A stretch of 64,000 bases of DNA from Octopus sinensis (lineage: Eukaryota). The notes under the pieces are model-generated. The model was given only the letters and a program-made list of their open reading frames with translations, was not told the DNA's origin and made no database searches. Location: contig NC_042997.1 in NCBI RefSeq assembly GCF_006345805.1, positions 65,844,001 through 65,908,000 of the forward strand, given 5' to 3'. This document shows positions 51,983-64,000 of the stretch, piece by piece. Positions within the stretch are counted from its first letter, which is position 1. The number at the start of each line of letters is the position of its first letter. Made by a program: the position numbers and the translations under genes.

Positions 51983-52235
51983 AGTCAAGACAAAGAGCGC
52001 AATTCGATTGTAAGATATTTTATTAGTTGAACAATATTTCAACAGTACATCTGTCTTTGTCAAGTTCAAAATAAGAAGTGATAAAAATTCTCTCATTCAT
52101 ACTTTACATTTAAATTTCTGTAATTTTGAATTTTTATCACTTCTTATTTTGAACTTGACAAAGACAGACGTACTGTTGAAATATCGTTCAACTAATAAAA
52201 TATCTTACAATTGAATTGCACTCTTCATCTTGACT
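51983..52235. repeat. Hairpin: 108-bp inverted arms, 37-nt loop
   Basis: 51983-52090 versus 52128-52235, with few mismatches. Confidence 0.9.
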
Positions 52236-52978
52236 AATAATAATAATAATAAATAATAATAATTCAAATTTTGGCACAAGGCCAACAGTTTTCTAGGAGA
52301 GAGTTTAGTTGATTATATTGACTGTAGTGCTCAATAGTTACTTATTTTAGGATGAAAGGTAAAACCAACCTCAGCAGAATTTGAACTCAGAATGCAAAGA
52401 GCCAGAAGAAATAGCCCTAAATATAATCCTAAGAAAGATTATAGAGATTTGAGGAGGCTTGTTGTTACCAAACCTCAAGATAACATTCTTGCAAATTAAA
52501 TTAGCATATTCTTACTTGATAATGATGAAGATGATAATGATGATGACAACGATGACAATGATATCATGATATCAGTATTATTTTTATGATTTGTAATATA
52601 GGTACAAGGCCAGAAATTTGGTGTGGAGGAGTTAATCATTTAAGTTGACCCTAGTATTTGAGTGATATATTATTATATCAACTACAGGAAAAAAATGAAA
52701 GGCAAAGATGATGTTGCTGAGATTTGAACTCAGAATATAAACAACCATAACAAATACTGCTCTAATGATTCTGCTATAATTTGTCCTCACACAATAAGCC
52801 AGATATGAATAGCAGTGTTACAGTTGAGATGTAATGTCCTTTAATGGAACTTAAAGTATGTGTGACCAAAAATATAAGATCAGAACGTGTGTGAGTGTGT
52901 ATGTGCTTGGTGTGATTTTGTACATGCAGATGTCCATGTATACCATTTATCATTTAAACATATATATATATATATATA

Positions 52979-53071
52979 TATGAATAAAAAATGGAGTTAA
53001 CGCAGGTTTAAACAAGTATTTTTACTTTCTACATATGTTTAAACCTGCGTTAACTCCATTTTTTATTCATA
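52979..53071. repeat. Hairpin: ~36-bp perfect arms, ~21-nt loop, adjoining (TA)n
   Basis: tatgaataaaaaatggagttaacgcaggtttaaaca is followed by its exact reverse complement. Confidence 0.9.
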
Positions 53072-53213
53072 TTATTCAAATATTCAACGTAAACACGAAG
53101 TTTCAACCTTTATAAACAAGGAGTTACAACATCTTTACTTGTGAGATTTTTGCTGCCCTGGTAACTATTCATTCATTTATCCGTGTTAATTGTTAACAAG
53201 GTAAAATACACTC

Positions 53214-53258
<45 letters not shown>

Positions 53259-53291
53259 TATATATATATATACATACACACATATGTATAC

Positions 53292-53323
<32 letters not shown>

Positions 53324-53699
53324 GTGTGCATGGACTTACATGTGTACACATACACATGTATATATTGTTTCAGTGTAGAGGATTTTAGTCCTGACAGACA
53401 ACCACTGTAGTATAACAGAATATACCCCGTCTATGGTATGAAATAGTTGATAACAGGAAGGTGATTGAGCTAATAAAATTGTTTCAAATCAAGACAGTCA
53501 CAAATATAATAAAAACCCCTAATGCATACACAGGATTAACACTTATCATGTTAATGTTACACATGATTGTGGGATGATCAGGTAGAAACCTCTGGTCATG
53601 CACAACAAACACTCAACCATTAGCAAGCTATGCACAAACTCTCTTACTTTCAGATGCAGAAAACAGATATCAAACAATAATACATCCACCACTAGAAGC

Positions 53700-56350
53700 C
53701 CCCACCCACCTTTTTTCTTGTCAGGAACAAAACTTCAGAGCTGTCATCTTGTGTGTTGGCATAAAAAAAGATAGGTCTGGAAAGATTGTAGAAATGCAAG
53801 AGTATGTAAATATGTGCTGCATACAAGAGATAAGATGGAAGGGAGCCTCATCCAGATGGCTCATGGGCAAACGAAAACAGGTACACATTCTTCTTGGCTG
53901 GTAACAGCACTGGGGTGACTACAGTACATATGCTGTTGTTAAAAAATGAATAAAGTACCTGAGTTAGAGTATCTGACAGAATTAACTGTAGACCAGTCAT
54001 GGGCAACATAACAACATCATTTATTTCTGTACTTGCACCCCAGTCAAAACTAACTGATGAGCAAAAGGACAGTTTTTATGAGGTCCTCATACACACTAAT
54101 GCCATGATGAATGAAAGAGACCTCATTATCACGACATGTTGGGAAAAACCATGATGGCTGTATCAATATATATGGTACAAGGAATGAGGAGGGAACAAGG
54201 CTCTTGAAGTTCTCTAACCCACCTGGCCTAATTTCTTGCAGCACTAACTTCAAAATACCTGTCAGCCATCTAATCACCTACCAATCACGCAATCTTACAA
54301 ACCAGTTGGACTTCAAGCTCACCAGGAAATCAGCTAAGTAACTTGCTGTGGATGCTGTGTCTTTTCTTGGTGAATATGGACTAATAATCAATGACCTAAG
54401 GATGAAAGAATACAAACTCAGAGACACAAGACAATCTAGAAAAGGGAGGTATAGAAGCTGAAAGATCCTTCAGCCAAAGGTAGGGTGAAAGAAGTGCCAG
54501 TTAACACAAAAGATAAGAAGGAGAAAATAGAGATTCATAGCATAAAGAACATTGAGAAGTTTCTGTGAGATGACCTGCTGTAAACGACATTAAATCTGCA
54601 AATGGAACAAGAAGACAGAGTGATGTGAAGGTGGAAGAGAGAAGCAAGAAACAATATCAGGTCATTAAAAGAGAAGCTATATGTCAGGTATACATAGCAT
54701 TGAGAGGTGCAATGAAGTGCAATCTTTTGCAATAAAAGGATCAAAAGTATGAGGTACTTTGAATTGCAGAGCCGTGTGTCAGTGTAAATCAGGACATCAT
54801 TGGGTAAAAAAAAAGTATATACAGTAACAGTTGTGCACTTGCTCTCACTGACATAAGGAATAAAAATGCATGGAAATGTTACAACAAAATACTGCTGAAT
54901 GATAGAGTGTAGGCCAGATTGAAAGTGAAAGTTATTTGGTTGAAAGCATGGCACCAGTCACTAACATAGTCAACAAAGCAGTGCAAGGAGGTGCAGTACC
55001 CAATGAATGATGTTGTAGTATAATTAGAAGCTGCTACAAGGACAAAGATACTTTAAAAGACCACAAAGACCTCAAATGGATGGATTAGCATGTGGAAGTA
55101 AGCAGTAAAAATCATAATAGCATAATTAAAGAAAGATTAATTTATGCACTGCAACTTGAGTTTATGCCAAAACAGAGTTCTACTGATGCCCGTTTTTTGT
55201 GAGACAGCAGAAGTCTTTAGCTAAAAAAGTAAAACATTCAATGACCTTTGACAGGGTACTATGCTCTGAGGTTTGATGGCTGAACTGAAAACAGGTTTAA
55301 ATAAATGGTTTATGTTGGCTGTAAAGCCATATAGAGAGATATTTCACCAAGTTGAAACTGGCAATTAGTTCAGCATGTAGGTAGGTGTCCATCAGTTCTC
55401 TAGATATACAGAGTAACAGAAAAGAGATGGCTATTGGGAACTACCATTTGTTGATGATTTAGTTTTCATAGCTAAATGTATCAATGATTTAGAGAAAATA
55501 CTTCAGAAATCAAAGCAAAGCTTAGCATCAAGAGGCCTGAAAGTGAATCTAACCAAGACAAAAGTTTTATTAGTAAAGACAGGATCTATTGTCATCAATG
55601 AAACAATCATATATGATAATTAAAAAACAGGATGGTAGAAATTCCATACAGTGTACCCAATGTAATAGAAATGGTGAACAAAAGGTGTAGCAGGACTGCA
55701 ATCAGGTTGACAGGGAAGGAAGACTTTTATGTAGCATCTGAGTAGCTAGCAGTAAGAGCATCGATGAAAGAAATTCTTTCAAATACTCAAGGATCCATAG
55801 AAATAGTTGATAGCTACTGTTACCAAGGTGATTTAATTAGCAGAGGAGGCTGATGTTCTGAGAGCATAACAGCCAAAGTGAGAAGTGAGTTGGAAAATTT
55901 TAGGGAGTTATTACTTCTACTAGAAACAATGGGATTTTCTCTCTCAGTGAAGGGTGGACTCTATGATATTCATGTATGAGATGCAATGCTGTATCATAGC
56001 AAAACCATAGGAGATCATGTGAATGCTAGTGAACATGAACAATGGGACTAATGAACTCGGATAAAAACTGAGTATAAGAGGAATCAAATATAGTGTACAA
56101 GTGATGAGCCAGCACTGGTATGGATATGAGATACAACAGGAGATTGAGAATTGGGTACAGAAATTTCAAGCAATCCAAGTGGAAGACTGAAAGAATTATG
56201 GGGAGAAATGGCAAAAGCTAATCTCATGAAGCTGAACTTCACAAGAGAGATGACAAAGGAAAGCTACAAATGGTGAAATGATGTGCTGGAGGAGACCCGT
56301 GCAATCCATGCAAGCATGGAAAAATGGACGCAAAAATAATTATGATGATG
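53700..56350 (+). mobile_element. Degenerate, internally deleted RTE-clade LINE (APE + RT relics + 3' tail)
   Basis: Relics in order: RSGKIVEM..CCIQEIRWKGASSRW..FFLAGNS (APE), LDFKLTRK, EFMPKQSSTDA, TFDRV, GVHQ, FVDDLVF (RT). The 3' end is catgcaagcatggaaaaatggacg followed by (GAT)n. Many stops. Confidence 0.8.
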
Positions 56351-56769
56351 TTATATATGTATATGTCTGTGTGTATATATATACAAACACATGCATATAT
56401 ATGCACACATACAGGCATGCACATGCACATACTTATATATTTATATATCTATACATGAGAGAGCATATATGTATATGAATATGATATATAAATGCAATAA
56501 ACATATGTTAGATGCCATTTATTTTATTGTGTAATACCCCACAGTGCTCAGTCACACTCACAAAGAGTCATATAGAGTACAGTAAGACACATATACACAT
56601 ATACATAATGCTTTTAGCTACTTCCACGACAAATTTTCATACAAGTGTCCAAAATTTGGACACTGTGATTTTTCAGTCAAACATATATTACACTATTCTG
56701 AATGACAATTGTACTACTACCATGATACAGAAATAACAACACACAAACACACACATATATATGTATGTA

Positions 56770-56819
<50 letters not shown>

Positions 56820-56835
56820 CACACACATACATATC

Positions 56836-56895
<60 letters not shown>

Positions 56896-57644
56896 GTGTG
56901 TATACATACACAGACATACATATCTACATATATATATCATCATGATGATGATATATATATATATACATACATATCTATATATATATTTTATGTATGCATG
57001 TGTGCACACACACTAAGTCAATAACAGAAAGTACTTCCATTTTCCTTCATCCCACTTCATGATTTATATAAAAGTATCAAATAGGATATCTGACAGAGTA
57101 TTAGACAGGAATATCAGGTAAAGCTCAGAATCCTTTTTCTCATACAATAAAACACTTTGCCAAAGCCCATAACATCGCATAATCACACTACAGTACTGCT
57201 AAAACCTATCAACATACTCAGTCACAATACACCAGATATGATTAACAGCTAGGTTAACAAGTGCAATATATATAAATAAATAATATGTAGTGAAATAATG
57301 TCAATGACGAAGTTGTAGACATATGACTGAGTTTTTTGGCAATTAAATAGTAATATGATGTTATTAAAAGTAAGAAAAAAAGGAAATATGTGTGTTTGTG
57401 TATATGTATATGTGTATTTTGATTATCCACCTCTTCTATGATGTAATCATTTTGGTTTCAACACATAATTATTAGATACGGCTACTTGCCGATCTGAAGT
57501 ACAGTCCTGGAGAAAAATGAACATATGAATATATGAGGGTTGCATTTACAACCCCTATCTCAATTTGTATATATATATATATATTATATATATATATATA
57601 TTATATTAATAATAATAATAATATGGCAATAATAATAATATATG

Positions 57645-57682
<38 letters not shown>

Positions 57683-57745
57683 TTATATATATATACATTT
57701 ATATATATATATATATACATTTATATATATATATATATATACATT

Positions 57746-57795
<50 letters not shown>

Positions 57796-57837
57796 TTAAA
57801 AAAGGAGATGTGGAACACGAGTTGTGATATATAAAAA

Positions 57838-58157
57838 AAGGAAATGAAGAAAATGCTGACAGAATAATTTAAGTAAGGGAGAGTGTATTTAATTAGGTGA
57901 AAGTTATTTTTACCGGTTGCGCATTTGTTATGCTTATCAAAAGATATATTTTTAATAGAGATAGAGTTCCTTTCTGATAGATTTTTTTTCTCTTATCAGA
58001 TAAGAGAAAAAAATCTATCAGAAAGGAACTCTATCTCTCTTAAAAAAATATCTTTTGATAAGCATAACAAATGCGCAACCGGTAAAAATAACTTTCACCT
58101 AATTAAATACACTCTCCCTTACTTAAATTATTTTGTCAGCATTTTCTTCATTTCCTT
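57838..58157. repeat. ~320-bp near-perfect palindrome (1-nt centre at 57998) between (TA)n tracts
   Basis: Centre tctcttatc-A-gataagaga. The arms are complementary over ~160 bp with only a few mismatches. Confidence 0.93.
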
Positions 58158-58216
58158 CATATATATATATATATATATATACATACATTTATATATATAT
58201 ATATATATATACATAC

Positions 58217-58263
<47 letters not shown>

Positions 58264-58715
58264 CATATAACTCATGTCAAATATTTAATGTTTTGTTTCT
58301 AAGCTTACTGGCTGCAGAATTTCATACTGGGAAAAATCCCTTAAAGACAATAAATGCTAAAGAAACACAGAATACCTCAAAACTAGATGAACCATTAAGC
58401 ATGTGATGTCTTTAATAAGAGCTGCTTTTAATGCAAAATTTAATTTTGTTTTACTTGTGCAGCACTGATGCACATCAGCAGATTGGTTTTATGCTATCTG
58501 CATACACCATAGACCAGTAATTTGAATTTGCTTTGAGGTGACCTGAGTATACGGAGCAGATGAGCTAAAGTAACAATGAAATACTGATAGCCATCATTCT
58601 TGCTCACCTACAGGAGTGATTAATTCCATCTGATTTTGAGGTAGACAGAGTTCAGTAAGAATATATATGTGTGGGGGTGTATATATATATATATATACAT
58701 ACACACACACATATA

Positions 58716-58778
<63 letters not shown>

Positions 58779-58798
58779 TATACATACCACACACATAC

Positions 58799-58830
<32 letters not shown>

Positions 58831-60783
58831 ATGCATATATATGCATGCACACACACACATTAACACATACACATAATTTTATGCGTTTATATAAATTTAT
58901 GATATGATCTTATTCTTCCCGGCAGCTATCTGTACTGCTCCTGATTACTAACTATTTATAAATGCTTCATCCAAATGTAAATTTTGTCTTATTTGATTCT
59001 GTCTGAAGAATTTCTAAAAGGGAATTTCTTACATGCTTGTTTATCCAGCATGTACAATTTTGTGATTCCTTGTTTTATCCTTTATTTGTTTCAGTAATTA
59101 GACTGCGGCTATGCTGGTACACCACTTTGAAGAATCAACCCCAGGACTTTGTTTTTTAAGCCTGGAATTTATTTTATTAGGTTCTCTTGTTGAAGTGCTA
59201 TGTTACAGGGACATAAATACACCAACACCAGTTGTCAAACGGTGGTTGAAGACCAACACAAACACAAATACACATATATATGTACATATATATACATATT
59301 TGTGTGTGTGTGGGGGGGCTTTTTTTAGTTTCTGTCTACCAAATCCACTCACAAGGCTTTGGTCAGCCCGAGGCTATAGTAGAAGACATTTGCCCAAGGT
59401 GCCAGGCAGTGGGAATGAACCCAGAACCATGTGATTGGGAAGCAAGCTTCTAACCACGCAGCCATGCCTGCACCTATTCAACACATACAATTTTGTGATT
59501 CCTATTAGTAAACGAAACATATGTAATGGCGAGTGAATAATACCAAACAATTGTTTCCAGATTCCTATTTTGTTAAATAAATTTATGAAATATATGATTT
59601 CTAACTTGTGATAGTAGGGACAATGATTATTTCCATTAAAAGCAAAGGGTCGCAAATTATCTTGCAAGGGGAAGGGCAATGTTGGTTTAACCCTTTAACA
59701 TTCAGAATATTCTGTCAAATGTAACACTTACTTATTCACATTGTTTTGAATTAATCATTCATTATCTCATAGCTTTGAGATTTCAATGATTGTTTGTTTA
59801 TATTTAGAATTACATTGTAGAATAGGTGTTAGAGATCAGATCACAGACCAGTTTCAACCATAAGACAGGAAGAACATTTGAGCTGGATATGGATGTTTAA
59901 AATGCTGAAGGGCTAAAATGACTCCAGTACTTGTCTATACCAATAACATGTGTGTGTGTGTGTGTGTGTGTGAATGTATATGTATATATGATAATATAAA
60001 AAAAAAAAGAACACAAATAAAATGTCACCGGGGGTAAAGCAACATATTCAGCACTGAACAAATGGCAGATTAATACAAACTGTTGGTTGTGGACAAATGG
60101 ATGGACAATTGTAATGATGATGATGATGATGACGGTGTTTGTGATAGTGGTGGCGGTAGTGGTGGCGGTGGTGATGGTGGCGTGATGGTTGTAGTGTTGA
60201 AGCATTGGGCAAGTATGAGGCAATAGGGGAGAAATAAAGTTCTGATATGTAGGTGGAGGGGATATGGTTGTGGTGGTGGTGGTGATGGAGATCAATGATA
60301 ACAAACAAATAAAACAAATAAATAAATAAATAAACAAATAAACAAATGAAAATGGCAGAATATTAGGCATTTAGCAGTAACTGGACGTTTAATCTCTTTT
60401 TTTTTTACACAAAACATGTTGGTGTTGTTGCTGTTATTGTGGCAATGGAGGTGAAAGATGTAATTGCTTTTTATGCTTGTTGCTAAATCTGTTTTTTTAT
60501 TTTTTTATTTTGGGTGTTAATCCAACTGTTACTGCTTTTGTTGTTGCTGTCATCATTCCTTTGCAGGTGTTATTGTTGTTGTTGTGGTTGTTGTTGAAGT
60601 TATTGTTGTGATAATTTTTTGTTGCTGTTGTTGTTGTTGTTGTGCTTGTTACTGCTACCAGTGATGTTCTTTTATTGAATTTGTTTTCACAATACTGTTA
60701 TTTCTGTTGATGCTGCTGTTGTTGTTATCGTTGTTCTATGCAACTGCTAGTTGCTGTTGTTGTTGTTGTTGCTACAGTAGATG

Positions 60784-61058
60784 TTATTGCTCGCCTGCCT
60801 CCTGTTGCTGCTCTTCTTGTTGCTGCTCCTGCTGTTGTTCAGGCTGCTGCTGCTGTTGCTCTGGCTGCTGCTGCTGCTGCTGCTGATCTTCCTCACTGTC
60901 AGCAGCAACCTCTTCATTGGTGCTAACGGTGACCAGGTTGTTTAGAGTAACCCGTTGTAATTTGGGACATCCTTTCAGCTCAGAGACTGCAGTGGGACGT
61001 ACTCGGGTACCATCCAAGTTGAGGAGAGACAGGAGTGGCAAATGCAGGCAGACCAGAC
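60784..61058 (-). CDS. 3'-terminal coding exon of a leucine-rich-repeat (RNI-like) protein with an acidic/poly-Gln C-terminus
   Basis: Acceptor ttgtttttttaccAG (AG at 61060-61059), phase 1. It reads (G)LVCLHLPLLSLLNLDGTRVRPTAVSELKGCPKLQRVTLNNLVTVSTNEEVAADSEEDQQQQQQQPEQQ...EAGEQ*, matching the LxxLxLxxTxV and CPxLxxVxL LRR patterns. An AATAAA lies ~110 nt downstream. Upstream exons were not identified. Confidence 0.72.
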
Positions 61059-61147
61059 CTGGTAAAAAAACAATAAATACATCTTTTATAGATACTGATA
61101 TTCAAAAGAAGAAAAAAAATCGACATCATAGAGGACCAAAACAGTAG

Positions 61148-61510
61148 GGAAAGTACTAAATGACAAATTAAGTGGCCAGTAGGGAGAATGCCAGATCATA
61201 AATCAAAGGATCAGTAAGGAAAGTACAAGATGACCAGTCAAGGAATGAGTAGGGTGGCTTTCAGATGACCAATCAAGAATCCAGTAGTGAGAGTACCAAA
61301 TGACAATCGAGAGCTCTATAAGGTAGCTACAAGATGAGTCATGAAAGAGACTACCTACTAGATAATCAATCATGTAGAGAGAGTATAGAAAGAGGAGTAT
61401 GGATTGGCCAATCAAGAGGTGAGCAAGAAGGGTATCAGTCATTAAGGAAGGTACCAGATGGCCAATAAAGGAATCTATAAGGACATTATCAGATGACTCA
61501 TCAAAGATCA
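61148..61510. repeat. Degenerate ~35-40-bp minisatellite (approx. gaaagtaccagatgaccaatcaaggaatcagtag)
   Basis: About 9 diverged units recur with agatgaccaatca-like cores, in the intron just upstream of the LRR exon. Confidence 0.55.
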
Positions 61511-64000
61511 GAGGTTCCTATTTTCACCTTTCATGCTGCCGCAGTCTAACATACATCTTTACTGTGCAGTCAGTCTACCTCGGTGCAGGTAAACATTAGC
61601 AGAGTAGTTGCAGAGGGTCAGTGGTATAAGTGATATGTTGTTTCCAGTATGAAAAATAGTAAAGAAGATTGCTCTACATTATTTACATTGTGTCACTCAA
61701 AAAGCTTTTTTACAACTAATTTTTAATTTCTTTGTTCACTGTACCTGGGGCATCAACAAGTATTAGCACAATATACACCATTTTCATTGACCATAGCTTT
61801 CTGATATCATTTCTCAGAGCTTCATATCTCCTCAGTACTCCAAGTATTGCTTGGAAACATATGAAGCCAAGTGTAACTATCACACTTGTTACAGCAATAA
61901 TTAACCCTTAAGCATTTAAATGTCAAATGTATTGCTTATTTATTAACATTGTTTTGAATTAACCACACGTTAATTACTTGTAGGGACATTGTATATCATT
62001 ATGCAACCATGATATACTACAAAATATATTAAATGCTTTTATAAGTCAAAGCTATGTTCTACTGTATTAGCAGTGCTATTAAAGTTACCTCTACAGGTGA
62101 AGGTGCATGGCTCAGTGGTTAGAGTGTCAGGCTCACAATCATAAAGTAGTGAGCTTGATTGCCGGACTGGACTGTGTGTTGTATTCTTGAGCAAGACACT
62201 TTATTTCACACTGCTCCAGTTCACTTATTTGTAGAAATGAGTTGCAGCATCACTGGTGCCAAGCTGTATCAGCCTTTGCCTTTCCCTTGGATAATATTGG
62301 TGGCATGAAGAGGGGAGGCTGGTATGCATGGGTGACTGCTGGTCTTCCACAAACAACCCTGCCCAGACTTGTGCCTCGAAGGGTAACTAGGTGCAATTCC
62401 ACGGTCATACATGAGCGAAGAGGGTCTTTACCCTTTACAGATTTTCTATAGAAATTGTAGCCAGCACTGATTTGTACAATGTTTTGTAGCTGAATACATC
62501 TAATGTAAACAATAATGTGATTGAAGATGGGAAAATATGTAATGGGTGTATATGCACATTTAGTTCTTGCTCATTCTTCAGTACCACATCCAACCCATTA
62601 ACCATCTCTAGAGATAACCTAAACATGTAATCACACATTATCCTGTAGCTTCAAGATTTCAATGGTGAGTTTGTACATTTTTAGAATGACATTGTAGAGT
62701 AAACTTTAAAATAAAACAGGCAGAATATTTGGGCCAAATATGGCTGGATTAAATGCCAAAGGGTTAATGATTGTGAATGTAAATTTTGCATTGGCTACAG
62801 CAAGAAATAATGAAGGAGGCGTCTAGTCCTGGCATTCTTTGTCAAGAATCAATGAATGTGAGTGTAGTTATTGTATGATTTCTAAGAAGAATTAATGAAG
62901 TTGAATATAGTTATCACATTGACTATGACAGGCATTAACAATGAAGAGTGTAGTTACTGTGTTAGTTCTGACAAGAATTAGTCTAATGATTTTATGATGA
63001 TTGCTATTTAAAGTCAGGTTGAATATGGTGCTCTTGAGGCCCATTCTAAAAACAAGAGACATGTTTTATGCAATTTGTTTCATCAGATACACTTTTACAA
63101 TATTAAGTGCCAAAATGCTAAAATTCCCATGTTTCGGTGACATGAATTCTTCTGTAATTTTAGCCCCTAAATTAATTATTATTTAGATAATTATGACAAT
63201 AAAAAAAATTACTGCACACAAATTTGATGTACCCTAGGCACAAAGAAGAGAAAATATGTTTGTGCACTATATGCACATAATAAAAATATTTTAAAAATTA
63301 TCATGATCATGATGGTGGTGGTGGTTACGGTCTTTATAGTAGCACAAAGTCACAACCTTGGGGAGAGGGAAGAGTTAGCTAAACAAACTCCTGTACATGA
63401 CAGATATTAATTTTATTGACAATGGAAGAATCAAAAGTTCATTTAACCCTGGCAGGTCTTGAACTCAGAATATAAATGACATAGCTAAACAACATGACAA
63501 AATAATCCTTTCTACTATAAACACAAGGCCTGAAATTTTGTGAGAGGGAAATAGTCAATTATATCAAACCCAGTGCTCAGCCAGTACTTATTTCAATGAC
63601 CCCCTAGTAGGAAGAAAGACAATGTTGACATCAGAAGAATTTGAACTCAGAATGTATAGATGGATAAAATGCTACCCAAGTACTTGGATAGCATTTTGTC
63701 CAGCATGCTAACAATTCTGCAAGTTCAACACCTTAACACATGATAATGGTTTCACATTTTGGAACAAGGCCAGTACTTTTCAGGGGAAGGGGTAAATCAA
63801 TGACATCAATCCCAGTATTCAACTGGTACTTATTTCATCAACCCCAAAAGGATGAAAGGTAAAGTCAACCTTGATAGTATTTGAACTCAGAACATCAAGA
63901 TGGACGAAATGCCATTAAGCATTTTGCCTAGCATGTTTATGATTCTGCCAGCTTAACACATGATTTATAGACCCCGAAAGGATGAAAGGCAAAGCTAACC

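Larger units (their letters stand above)
48520..52780 (-). repeat. Array of ~13-14 same-orientation copies or fragments of the abundant SINE, separated by (AAT)n/(AAC)n spacers
   Basis: The unit ggcacaaggcc...gattacatcgaccccagtg..caactggtacttat...gaaaggatgaaaggcaaagtc...gaatttgaactcagaa recurs every ~150-250 bp. Copies are individually diverged and CpG-decayed. Similar smaller clusters lie at ~40650-40975 and ~63340-64000. Confidence 0.88.

Noticed and set aside
48520-52780. Repeat-spacer periodicity reminiscent of a CRISPR array
   Set aside because: The units are 150-250-bp SINE copies with microsatellite spacers in a eukaryotic genome, and there are no cas genes.
58460-58555. CTGATG...CTGA segment considered as a C/D snoRNA, or as plus-strand exon TDAHQQIGFMLSAYTID
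   Set aside because: Box C is imperfect, there is no terminal stem and no recognisable rRNA guide, and the exon has no supporting homology.
58605-58626. Possible minus-strand micro-exon ATGGAATTAATCACTCCTGTAG with donor GTGAGC
   Set aside because: The donor is good but the acceptor is weak and the peptide is too short to identify. It needs RNA-seq.

Overview
AT-rich, microsatellite-saturated animal genomic DNA. Its SINE families match those I recall from Octopus genomes, so a cephalopod origin is likely (from memory, not a database search). Most of the window is transposable-element debris. Main structures: (1) a ~5.2-5.6 kb tandem duplication (copy 1 ~11899-21358, copy 2 ~21359-27006) joined at a 5-bp AGTCC microhomology. 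(2) A full-length ~4.3 kb CR1-type LINE on the minus strand (~15239-19527), present only in copy 1, so copy 2 shows the empty site. It has a CCCH-zinc-finger ORF1 and an APE-RT ORF2 broken by one frameshift. (3) A canonical, apparently intact type I hammerhead ribozyme on the minus strand (31497-31597), plus several degenerate hammerhead-like motifs, two lying directly behind Penelope-like GIY-YIG remnants. (4) R4/Dong-like RLE retroelement fragments and an unclassified ~0.5 kb element nested in (TAA)n tracts. (5) Mariner, maT and hAT remnants, degenerate RTE LINEs, dozens of SINEs including a same-orientation array, and several long foldback palindromes. (6) One convincing host coding exon, the last exon of a leucine-rich-repeat protein with a poly-Q tail (60784-61058, minus). 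Repeats right of ~36.5 kb show heavy CpG decay while those to the left do not, suggesting a methylated gene-body domain. Most short ORFs in the supplied track are microsatellite artefacts. Coordinates were read by eye and are approximate unless given to the base.
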